Below, one piece after another: positions 9,694-18,324 of a stretch of 22,422 nucleotides of DNA (positions are counted from its first letter, which is position 1; each line of letters begins with the position of its first letter). The notes under the pieces are model-generated. The model was given only the letters and a program-made list of their open reading frames with translations, had not been told where the DNA came from and ran no database searches. Origin of the DNA: Pseudomonadota bacterium. Its GTDB lineage: Bacteria; Pseudomonadota; Gammaproteobacteria; Burkholderiales; Burkholderiaceae. The stretch is from assembly GCA_046050125.1 (NCBI GenBank), contig JBJOQB010000169.1, positions 1 to 22,422 of the forward strand, written 5' to 3'. The position numbers and the translations under genes are program-made.

Positions 9694-10608
9694 TTAATAC
9701 TGCTTTTTATAATAAGAACGCACACAATGACCAAGTATATTAAATATTAATGTTAATATTAACAATACTAAACCTGCAGCAAAAATTGATTGATACCCAA
9801 TTGAACCATGTGGCGCATCACCTAATGCAACCTGAACTATATACGCTGATATAGTTTGTGTTTCAGTCATTGGATTAAAACTTAAAGTTGGTTGCATACC
9901 AGCTGCTACAGCTACTATCATAGTTTCACCAATTGCACGTGCAATTCCTAATATGTAAGCAGACAAAATACCAGAAATTGCTGCTGGATAAACAACATTA
10001 ATTGATGTTTGAAATTTAGTTGCACCCATACCATATGAACCCTCTCTTAAACTCATTGGTACAGCACGCATTGCATCTTCTGCTAAAGAACTTATGTATG
10101 GAATAATAGCAAAACCCATCATAATACCAGCAGATAACATATTAAATCCTGGTAGTTCTGGAAATATTTTTTGAAGAATTGGAGTAATAAAAGTCAAAGC
10201 AAAGTAACCATATACTATACTAGGTATACTACCTAATAACTCTAAAAATGGCTTTACAATTTCTCTCGTTTTATGCCCTGCAAATTCAGATAAGTAAATA
10301 GCAATGATTGTACCAAAAGGTATAGCAATCGCTACCGCTACTAAAGAAGTAGTAAAAGTTCCTGAAATTAATGGAAGTATGCCATATTTAGCATCTTCAA
10401 ACATTGGCGTCCACATCGTTTCAGTTATAAATCTTGTTATTCCAACTGCTTTGAAGAAAGGTATAGAATCTGCGACTAGTATCCAAACAATAGATATGGT
10501 TGCGATTACAGAAACGCTTGCACAAAGCAATAGAAAAAGCTCAATTATAAACTCACGTATACTACGAGAAGACCTTTTCAGTAAACGTGGACTAATTATA
10601 TCTTGCAT
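9694..10608 (-). CDS. pstC: Phosphate ABC transporter permease PstC
   Basis: Polytopic membrane protein with an EAA loop (ARAIGETM). It is the first gene of the minus-strand pst block. No pstS lies upstream. Confidence 0.85.
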   Translation of the reverse strand: MQDIISPRLLKRSSRSIREFIIELFLLLCASVSVIATISIVWILVADSIPFFKAVGITRFITETMWTPMFEDAKYGILPLISGTFTTSLVAVAIAIPFGTIIAIYLSEFAGHKTREIVKPFLELLGSIPSIVYGYFALTFITPILQKIFPELPGFNMLSAGIMMGFAIIPYISSLAEDAMRAVPMSLREGSYGMGATKFQTSINVVYPAAISGILSAYILGIARAIGETMIVAVAAGMQPTLSFNPMTETQTISAYIVQVALGDAPHGSIGYQSIFAAGLVLLILTLIFNILGHCVRSYYKKQY

Positions 10609-10735
10609 GAACCATATAAATTTTTTTCAACACCATATTATCTTATAGTATTGTATTTTTGTCTAGCTATTTAGATGTTTTTAGATTCATATGATATTAT
10701 TAATTATAATAACTATAGTATTGTTATATATAATT

Positions 10736-11329
10736 ATGGAATATAATTTCTTTTCTGCTTTTATTTTACTATTTTTAGTAACAGACCCTTTAGGTAATAT
10801 ACCTTTATTTATTCATCAATTACAAAATTTTTCAAAGAGGAGAAGGGTATATATTATCTTTCGTGAAATTTGTATTGCTTCATGTGTGTTACTTTTTTTT
10901 ATGCTAGCTGGCAAAAGTTTTTTAAATTTATTGCACTTATCTGAGCTATCCATGCAATTTGCTGGTAGTATTATCATGTTTTTAATTGCTATTAATATGA
11001 TTTTTCCTCACCATAATAATAAAGATGATATACCAACAGATGAGCCATTTATTGTACCTTTAGCGATTCCATTAGTAGCAGGTCCTTCTTCAATTGCCAC
11101 AGTTATGTTACTTGCATCACAAAGTCCTAATAATATGTATATTTGGGTTGGCGCATTAGTTTTAACTATGGTTTGTTGTGCCGTTATTTTATTTATGTCA
11201 GATTTTATTCAAGATATTTTAGGTGAAAAAGTTGTTTCTGCATTTGAAAGATTAATGGGTTTAATATTGGTAGCAATGAGTGTAGAGATGTTTTTAAAAG
11301 GCATTCGCTCATTTATGCAAAATAGTTAA
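10736..11329 (+). CDS. MarC/UPF0056-family integral membrane protein
   Basis: N-terminal FILLFLVTDPLGNIPLF motif typical of the MarC family; six predicted TM segments. The likely start is MEYNFF at 10736; the ORF-track start is 10691. Confidence 0.7.
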   Translation: MEYNFFSAFILLFLVTDPLGNIPLFIHQLQNFSKRRRVYIIFREICIASCVLLFFMLAGKSFLNLLHLSELSMQFAGSIIMFLIAINMIFPHHNNKDDIPTDEPFIVPLAIPLVAGPSSIATVMLLASQSPNNMYIWVGALVLTMVCCAVILFMSDFIQDILGEKVVSAFERLMGLILVAMSVEMFLKGIRSFMQNS

Positions 11330-11473
11330 TGTTAAAATATTTATAAAACAATATATGAAATAATCATAAACCTTGTATAATCTTAAATCTCTATTATTTA
11401 ATCAATTTTATCTGATGGTTAAATAGCTTTATTAAAAATTCTATTAACCAATAAATAAACTATAAGTCTAAAT

Positions 11474-13027
11474 ATGCTAAGTAAATTCTATGTGAGTGTT
11501 GATTTAGGTTCGAATAGCTTTCGTTTGCTAGTGGCTAAAATTATGTTTACAAAATATGGTTGTCAAGTTTTACCCATATTAAATGATAGGCAACCTGTAG
11601 CATTAGCTTCTGGTTTAGATGCTGATAATAATTTAAGTGATGAATCAATCAGTAGAGCAATTGATGCCTTTAATCACTTTAAACATATCATTGATGTTAA
11701 TTTACCATCGACTAACAATGTTAATGCTATTAATAAAGGCAAAGCAAATGTTTTTATTGTAGCAACTAGCACATTTAGAATTGCAAAAAATATTGATATT
11801 TTAATAAAAGCTGGGCAAGATATTTTGGGTGCAGAAATTAAAACAATTAGCGGTATTGAAGAAGCAAAATTGATATACCAAGGTACTAGCCATACTGCCC
11901 CATATAGTATGAATAATAAATTGGTTGTTGATATTGGTGGCGGGTCTACTGAGTTAATTATTGGAAAACATCATCAACAGTTATTATGTGAAAGCGTAAA
12001 CATTGGCTGTATAAACATTACACAAACATTTTTTAATGAGCAGTATACAGCTGAAGCTTTTAATAATGCGATTAAATATGCACAGGATAAATTATCTTAC
12101 ATATTAGATGAGTATTTAGAATTAGGTTGGAAGCAATCAATTGGCTCATCTGGTACTTCAAGAGCATTGGCTTATATTGCATCGCAGATTGATGATTCAG
12201 AAAATGAGTATATATTAACTATTAAAGGTTTAAATTTAATCAAAGATTATTTAGTTGTTTGTAAAACTGTTGAAAATATAAAGCTCAAAAAAGTTAATAC
12301 TCAACGTGCTAACATTTTAGCTGGTGGCTTGAGCATTATGCTTGCAATATTTAATAGTTTTAAAATTAAAAGTATGTATGTTTGTGAAGGCGGAGTAAGG
12401 TTTGGCTTATTGTACGATAGTGTAGATAGCATTCAACATGATGATATTCGTAATATTAGCATTGAGGTATTACGCCAAAGATTTAGTGAAAATGATGTAG
12501 ATAATTTTAGCGAAATTGACGAGATTTTAGATAATTTATCGGATAGATTGATTAAAACAGCAAATAAAAAAGCAAAAATTATTGATGATGAACAAATTAA
12601 ATTATTAAAATGGGCATTAAGTTTACATAATATTGGTAAATACATTAGTTTGGATAGTATGCATAAACATAGTGCTTACATTGTGCAAAATACTTATTTA
12701 GCTGGATTTGAGATTGCACAACAAAATGATTTAGTAAATATGTTATTAGGTCAAAAAGGTGGATTAACTAAGATAAATGTTGAGTTTATCAAACAAAATC
12801 ATGCTATTTTAGCTATATTACGCTTGTGTTTATTGATATTAAAGCATGGATTGTGTAAAGATATGGCTAGATTGAATGATTTTAGCCTTGAAATTAAACA
12901 AGATAAATCTGCAACTGATTTTAAGCTAACCTTACCTTTGTCTACTCAGATGCGTACAATATTTGAAGATGAGCAAAAAGCATGGTCAAAAGTTGATATG
13001 AATTTAGTTGTTGAATTTTTGGAATAA
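11474..13027 (+). CDS. Exopolyphosphatase / guanosine pentaphosphate phosphohydrolase (Ppx/GppA family)
   Basis: VDLGSNSFRLLVA phosphate-1 motif, DIGGGSTE and GSSGTSRA actin-like ATPase-fold motifs, and a C-terminal HD-like helical domain. The N-terminal region carries divergent insertions. Confidence 0.8.
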   Translation: MLSKFYVSVDLGSNSFRLLVAKIMFTKYGCQVLPILNDRQPVALASGLDADNNLSDESISRAIDAFNHFKHIIDVNLPSTNNVNAINKGKANVFIVATSTFRIAKNIDILIKAGQDILGAEIKTISGIEEAKLIYQGTSHTAPYSMNNKLVVDIGGGSTELIIGKHHQQLLCESVNIGCINITQTFFNEQYTAEAFNNAIKYAQDKLSYILDEYLELGWKQSIGSSGTSRALAYIASQIDDSENEYILTIKGLNLIKDYLVVCKTVENIKLKKVNTQRANILAGGLSIMLAIFNSFKIKSMYVCEGGVRFGLLYDSVDSIQHDDIRNISIEVLRQRFSENDVDNFSEIDEILDNLSDRLIKTANKKAKIIDDEQIKLLKWALSLHNIGKYISLDSMHKHSAYIVQNTYLAGFEIAQQNDLVNMLLGQKGGLTKINVEFIKQNHAILAILRLCLLILKHGLCKDMARLNDFSLEIKQDKSATDFKLTLPLSTQMRTIFEDEQKAWSKVDMNLVVEFLE

Positions 13028-13298
13028 TTACAACTAAAAGAGTAATAGTAAATGTAGTATTGCATATTAATATTTTTGCTCTTGTTTAATCTTATTTTTA
13101 AATAAGTTAATAATTAATATATTGAATAGTATTTATTATTTAACAAAGCTATATATTTAATCAAATTTGATATAGATTATGTAAAAAACTATAATGAACC
13201 TAAATTGCAAATTGCTACCTAAAGCATATAATATATTGGTATGCTTTATTTAGCTATATTACATCTAATTACAGAATATATTATGTGTTGCTATACTT

Positions 13299-15737
13299 AT
13301 GGATAAAATAACAAAAAATAGTACAAATACTTTACCAAATAAACAATTATCGCTTGAAAATGCTGATAATATAGAGAATTTATTTGAGAATACTTATGCA
13401 TGGGTTGAAAAACACATACCTGACTTTAATCTTTTATATATAGATAATGATGCAACTCAAGAGCATATAGAGTCTCATATAAAAGGTGTATATGATATTT
13501 TATCTAGCTTAGATATTGATGCCTATATGACTAAGTCATGTGTTTTGTTCGCACTTTATCCAAAATTGCAAGAGTACCTTACTAATAACCCACAACAAAC
13601 TACCTTTAATCCCGATACGATTTACTTATCTGCAAGTGTATACAAGCTTTTGCAAACAACACAGCAATTTACTAGCCATGCTGAAAGAATAAATAATAGC
13701 TTAGAGCATCAAGCCACTCTTGAGATTTTACGTAAAATGCTATTGGCATCAGCTCAAGACATTAGGGCAATTGTAATTATGCTTGCCTCTCAATTACAAA
13801 CATTACGTTGGCATGCATTACATAAAACCGAACCCTCGGTATTGTGGGTTAAAGATGTATTGAATTTATATGCCCCTTTAGCTAATCGCCTTGGTATTTG
13901 GCAGTTAAAATGGGAATTAGAGGATTTAGCTTTTCGTTTTATGGAGCCTGTAAGTTATAGGCAAATTGCAAGTTTGCTAGATGAAAAACGTGTAGAGCGT
14001 GAGAATTTTATCGAAGAAATGAAGCAAAAGCTAATTAGTACAATGAAAGAAGCTTTTATAAATGCTGATATTTCAGGGCGACCTAAGCATATTTATAGCA
14101 TTTGGAAAAAAATGCATGGTAAAAATTTGTCTTTTACTCATTTATATGATGTAAGGGCATTTAGAATTATTGTAAAAGATATCAAAGATTGTTATACAGC
14201 CTTGGGCGTGGTGCATAATTTATGGACACCTGTACCAAAAGAATTTGATGATTATATTTCACAAGCAAAACCAAATGGTTACCAATCATTACATACTGTA
14301 GTAATTGCTGATGATGGCAGAGCAATTGAAATTCAAATTAGAACAGCTGAAATGCATAAACAAGCTGAGTTTGGTGTGGCTGCTCATTGGAGATATAAAG
14401 AGGCAGGCACTAAGGGCTATAGTGGCGAGTTTAGTGCTACAGGTACTTATGAAGAAAAGATTGCATTATTTAGGCAATTATTAGAATGGAAAGAGGATAG
14501 TGAAATAGGTTATATATCTTCAAGTTTACAAAATGATATAAATTCTACATCTAATAAAAACAAAAGTTACAATAATATAGATAATATTAGTAATTTAGAT
14601 GAAAATTCTTCAACTATAAAAAATCCTGAAGAACGTTGGGAAAAAGTTGGTTCTTGGGTAGATGACCATATTTATGTATTCACTCCTCAAGCTAAAGTGA
14701 TTGCACTTCCTGTTTCAGCAACTGCACTTGATTTTGCTTATCATGTACATACCAATGTTGGGCATAGGTGTCGTGGAGCAAAAGTTGATGGGAAAATGGT
14801 GCCATTGTATACACCATTAGAAAATGGTCAAACAGTTGAAGTAATTACAGTTAAGGAAGGTGGTCCTTCTAGAAATTGGTTGCGTAATCAGCCACAATAT
14901 TTGGCGAGTAATCGTGCAAGGTCAAAGGTAAGAGCTTGGTTCAATGCCTTAGAACTCGAAGAAACAATAAATAAAGGGCGAACGATATTAGAAAAAATAT
15001 TGCAAAGAGAAGGTAAAACAGGAGTTAATTTAGAAGATTTAGCCCATAATTGCCGTTACAAAAATAGTAATGATTTATTTTTAAGTTTAGCTAAGGATTT
15101 AATATCAAGTAAATATATTGAAGATATTTTGACATTAAATTATGGTAGTAAATCAAATGCTAATTCAAATACCAATAATTCATCTGCTAATACTATAAAT
15201 AATAATGAAGTAGAAATAAATAGCATTACAGATACTTCTTATATTATAAAAACAAAGAAACCAAGTAGTTCAAAATCATCTAAAAAATCTAATGTTGGTG
15301 TTAGCGTGATGGGAATTGATAGCATGGTAATGCAAATGGCTAAATGCTGTAAGCCAATCCCTGGTGATGATATTGTTGGATTTGTTACTAAAGGTAATGG
15401 TATTACAATTCATCGAACACAATGCATAAGCATGGCTAAATATAACCAAAAATACCCAGAGAGATTAATTGATGCTCAGTGGAAAGAAGAAGAAAATCAG
15501 CGTTATATCGTGGATTTATACATAGAAGCACATGATAGACAAGGCTTACTACGAGACTTAGGGCATATTTTATCTAAAGAAAAAATTAATGTAATTAGCA
15601 CGCAAAGTAAAAGCAAAAATAATATTGCATGTTTAACCTTTACACTAGAATTATTCACTAAAGATAAATTACAACAAGCAATTAGCATGATTCAGAAAAT
15701 TAAAAGCGTGGTTAAAGTGGAGAGGAAGTATAGTTAG
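13299..15737 (+). CDS. relA: GTP pyrophosphokinase, RelA/SpoT homologue (synthetase-type; the hydrolase HD motif is not evident)
   Basis: Synthetase domain (RPKHIYSIWKKM, DVRAFRIIV, YQSLHTVV, EIQIRT, HWRYKE), TGS domain (IYVFTPQAKVIALP...GAKVDGK...LENGQTVEVI), conserved Cys region (CCKPIPGDDIVGF) and a C-terminal ACT domain. Two Asn/Ser-rich low-complexity insertions. Confidence 0.9.
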   Translation: MDKITKNSTNTLPNKQLSLENADNIENLFENTYAWVEKHIPDFNLLYIDNDATQEHIESHIKGVYDILSSLDIDAYMTKSCVLFALYPKLQEYLTNNPQQTTFNPDTIYLSASVYKLLQTTQQFTSHAERINNSLEHQATLEILRKMLLASAQDIRAIVIMLASQLQTLRWHALHKTEPSVLWVKDVLNLYAPLANRLGIWQLKWELEDLAFRFMEPVSYRQIASLLDEKRVERENFIEEMKQKLISTMKEAFINADISGRPKHIYSIWKKMHGKNLSFTHLYDVRAFRIIVKDIKDCYTALGVVHNLWTPVPKEFDDYISQAKPNGYQSLHTVVIADDGRAIEIQIRTAEMHKQAEFGVAAHWRYKEAGTKGYSGEFSATGTYEEKIALFRQLLEWKEDSEIGYISSSLQNDINSTSNKNKSYNNIDNISNLDENSSTIKNPEERWEKVGSWVDDHIYVFTPQAKVIALPVSATALDFAYHVHTNVGHRCRGAKVDGKMVPLYTPLENGQTVEVITVKEGGPSRNWLRNQPQYLASNRARSKVRAWFNALELEETINKGRTILEKILQREGKTGVNLEDLAHNCRYKNSNDLFLSLAKDLISSKYIEDILTLNYGSKSNANSNTNNSSANTINNNEVEINSITDTSYIIKTKKPSSSKSSKKSNVGVSVMGIDSMVMQMAKCCKPIPGDDIVGFVTKGNGITIHRTQCISMAKYNQKYPERLIDAQWKEEENQRYIVDLYIEAHDRQGLLRDLGHILSKEKINVISTQSKSKNNIACLTFTLELFTKDKLQQAISMIQKIKSVVKVERKYS

Positions 15738-15960
15738 TTTATATTTACAGGTAGTTTTTAATATTAGTAATTATCTATCTTTATTATTTTAAATATATAA
15801 CAAAAAAAAGTCCCTGCACAATTACCCATATTTGGATAATTTATGCAGAGCCAAGGGAGGAAACAATATATTTATAATCTCTGTAGTCTTTTTTTAGTTA
15901 TTCATTTTCAGCTTATTTTTATTTTATATACATGTATTTAAGTATTTAAATACTATTTTA

Positions 15961-17820
15961 CTAGTGTTTATGATTGTGATTAACTACTCCTTCTGCAATT
16001 ACTCCATGTTCACCCATAAACATACTAGATTTAGCACCGTTACTATTTACACCTTTAAATGCCATCATGCCATAGTTAGAGTTAAATTTTAGATTTGCCC
16101 AATCATTAAAGTCTTTTAGTTCTGTTAATGATGAATCTTTATTTAAATCTTTATAGTATGTACTTGTGTTTTTTGCTCCGTCATTATTCCAGTCGGCATA
16201 ACCACCATTTTTGCTACCTGTAAGATTATTGGCTTCAACTATTGCATTTTCATCTATAGTAGCTAAACCGCCATATGAATAATCCACAACAAAATTTTCA
16301 TTACACGGCGAATTATTTAATGTACATAAATTCACATTTTTTGTACCCGACCAGTTATAAAAACGGTCTGCAGCCATATCTGATACAAAATCTGTTGTTA
16401 CTCCACGTAATTGATATAGGTAATTCATTACGCTAACATAATTTGGTTTATATACTATATTGTCATTTCCACCATGCAATAAACCGAAGTTATGCCCAAT
16501 TTCATGCATAAATGCACCTGCTTGGTAATTAGTTAGTAGATTTTGTTCTTGTTTAGTTGAATTTTTTAAGCCCCAACCATCTAAGGTTACTAAAGAATTT
16601 TTACCAAGATACTCTGCCATGCCTGATGGTCCATAACCAGATGTAACCTGAGATTTTGCAAATAGCACATAGTGGAAGAAACTCCTTCGCATGCCGTTCA
16701 TTGTTTGTTTATAATCAAATATGCTATTGCAACCATCTGTTTGTTTTTCATAAAATGTTGGTAATACAGTACATGTATTTGATTTAAATAACTTAGCTTG
16801 ACCTAGATTATATAAATCATGATTAAATGTTTCACTATATAAACCGCCTGCGTCAATATGTAATGCGATATTATGTTTTGCAAATGATTGCTTAACTTTA
16901 TCTAATGCTGTTTTTTGTGGTATGCTTACAGAGTTATTCATATAATCAATTTGTATGAATACGTCTTTTTGCCCTTTTCTTGCCCCCATTGCATAAACAT
17001 CAATGCCACCAAATGTTTTACCTAAAGCTTTTGCAATTGTAGGAATGCCATCTCCATCTTCATCTACTGCTGTTGGGTCAGTGTCATTAACTGCAGCAGG
17101 TGTTGCAAAATTCATGTTCTGCCAACTACTTTGCCATAATGCTACGCTTTGTTTTCCATTTGATAAAGAAACAACTTTATTATCTGTAAATACTGTTGTT
17201 GGTGTGTATAATTTACCAACACTTATCATATCTGTAGTATTTCCGTTATATAGTAATTCAATATATCCATCATTGCCCCATGTTGGAACATTTCCACCTT
17301 GCTCAATAAATGCCACATTTGCATCTGTATTAAGCCAAGAACTTACTTTTGGAGATACAGTTACATAACCACCAGCAGGTATATCAATATTAGGTAAATC
17401 AAAAATCATACTACCTGTAGCTTGATTTGTAGAAGATGATTTAGCTAAACTTTTAAGTTTATGGCTAGCTAAGCTGACTGCTTCTGTATTAGGGTTATAT
17501 ATTTCAAACCATGGTACACTAGTACTTGTAGATGAAATTTCTGTAATTTTTAAACCAAGAGCAGGACTAGTAGTGCCTGTGTTAGATGGCTTTTGCCATT
17601 CTTTAACATTTGATGGTAATAATGCAGAAGAATCAGTTACAGCTTCAGAACTAGTTGTGCTACCAGCTTGGCTAGTTGTGGTGTCAGTTGTAGTCGATGA
17701 TGTACTACTGCTACGTGATGTAGTAGTTGATTCTCCACCGCCTCCACCACCTCCGCCACAGCCCGTTAAAACAAAAGACATAGCTACCGCTATACCAATA
17801 CATGTTTTGGTATTTTTCAT
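15961..17820 (-). CDS. Secreted lipoprotein metzincin-type zinc metalloprotease with an N-terminal lamin-tail-like (LTD) domain
   Basis: Type II signal peptide with lipobox LTGC. A Gly8 run and an ~50-aa Ser/Thr-rich linker follow. The LTD-like segment is ITEISS...VPWFEIYNPNTEAVSL..HKL. The catalytic motif is HEIGHNFGLLH (HExxHxxGxxH) with a downstream Met-turn-like SVMNY, and the C-terminus is His-rich (NHNHKH). The true start is MKNTK at 17820, behind a GGGAGGG RBS; the ORF track runs to 17853. Confidence 0.75.
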   Translation of the reverse strand: MKNTKTCIGIAVAMSFVLTGCGGGGGGGGESTTTSRSSSTSSTTTDTTTSQAGSTTSSEAVTDSSALLPSNVKEWQKPSNTGTTSPALGLKITEISSTSTSVPWFEIYNPNTEAVSLASHKLKSLAKSSSTNQATGSMIFDLPNIDIPAGGYVTVSPKVSSWLNTDANVAFIEQGGNVPTWGNDGYIELLYNGNTTDMISVGKLYTPTTVFTDNKVVSLSNGKQSVALWQSSWQNMNFATPAAVNDTDPTAVDEDGDGIPTIAKALGKTFGGIDVYAMGARKGQKDVFIQIDYMNNSVSIPQKTALDKVKQSFAKHNIALHIDAGGLYSETFNHDLYNLGQAKLFKSNTCTVLPTFYEKQTDGCNSIFDYKQTMNGMRRSFFHYVLFAKSQVTSGYGPSGMAEYLGKNSLVTLDGWGLKNSTKQEQNLLTNYQAGAFMHEIGHNFGLLHGGNDNIVYKPNYVSVMNYLYQLRGVTTDFVSDMAADRFYNWSGTKNVNLCTLNNSPCNENFVVDYSYGGLATIDENAIVEANNLTGSKNGGYADWNNDGAKNTSTYYKDLNKDSSLTELKDFNDWANLKFNSNYGMMAFKGVNSNGAKSSMFMGEHGVIAEGVVNHNHKH

Positions 17821-18223
17821 GATACATTCCCTCCCGAATGTTGTGCGACGCACTACCCAAACACGTTTTTTGTATGTTTTTTAGCAGTTATTTATGATAA
17901 ATACTGCCTTTTTTAATTTTCTGTGTGTTTGAGTATTATTATTTATATAATTAGTATTTTTTTATCCCATTTTCCCTTTTGGTTTTGCTTTCTTATGCAA
18001 ATCCTTAATTATTTTATAGCTCACTTCGTTGTATTATTCAAACACATTTCAGTATATGTTGTTTATTTATGACATATTATTTTGTTGGTTGTATTTTTGC
18101 GATTTTATGTAATTGTTGTAAGCAAATTTAATATGTTTTAGAATATCTAAGCTAGAAATATTGTAAGTTTCCATTTAATTAATATCTATATACTTGGAAT
18201 TTTATATTTATTTTTGGTGTTTA

Positions 18224-18252
18224 TTGTGAGTTCTATATTTGGTTTGTGAGTT
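18224..18252 (+). promoter_or_regulatory. Tandem TTGTGAGTT repeats in the cstA leader (candidate CRP-type half-sites or other operator)
   Basis: The identical 9-mer TTGTGAGTT occurs at 18224-18232 and 18244-18252, about 75-100 nt upstream of the cstA ATG. TGTGA is the CRP half-site, and E. coli cstA is CRP-activated. Confidence 0.3.
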
Positions 18253-18324
18253 GAGTTGTATATTTTATTTATCTTATAAATCAATTTGTAAATATTTAAT
18301 AATTAAATTAAAAAAGGAGGCAAC

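Noticed and set aside
10609-10735. Pho box (CTGTCAT-N4-CTGTCAT) upstream of pstC and of the RRM gene
   Set aside because: No convincing direct-repeat Pho box was found in either upstream region. Pho regulon signals may differ in this lineage or sit upstream of an unlinked pstS.
15811-15870. Possible terminator between convergent relA and the protease gene (gtccctgca...tgcagag...gggagg with a flanking A8 run)
   Set aside because: Only about 5 bp pair cleanly (ctgca/tgcag) around a 25-nt loop. The A-run is on the wrong side for relA and the stem is too weak for a confident minus-strand terminator.
17573-17884. ORF encoding a poly-proline (PPPPPPPP) protein
   Set aside because: It is the reverse-complement reading of the Gly8 codons of the lipoprotein protease and overlaps that gene's signal peptide and RBS. 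It is not an independent gene.
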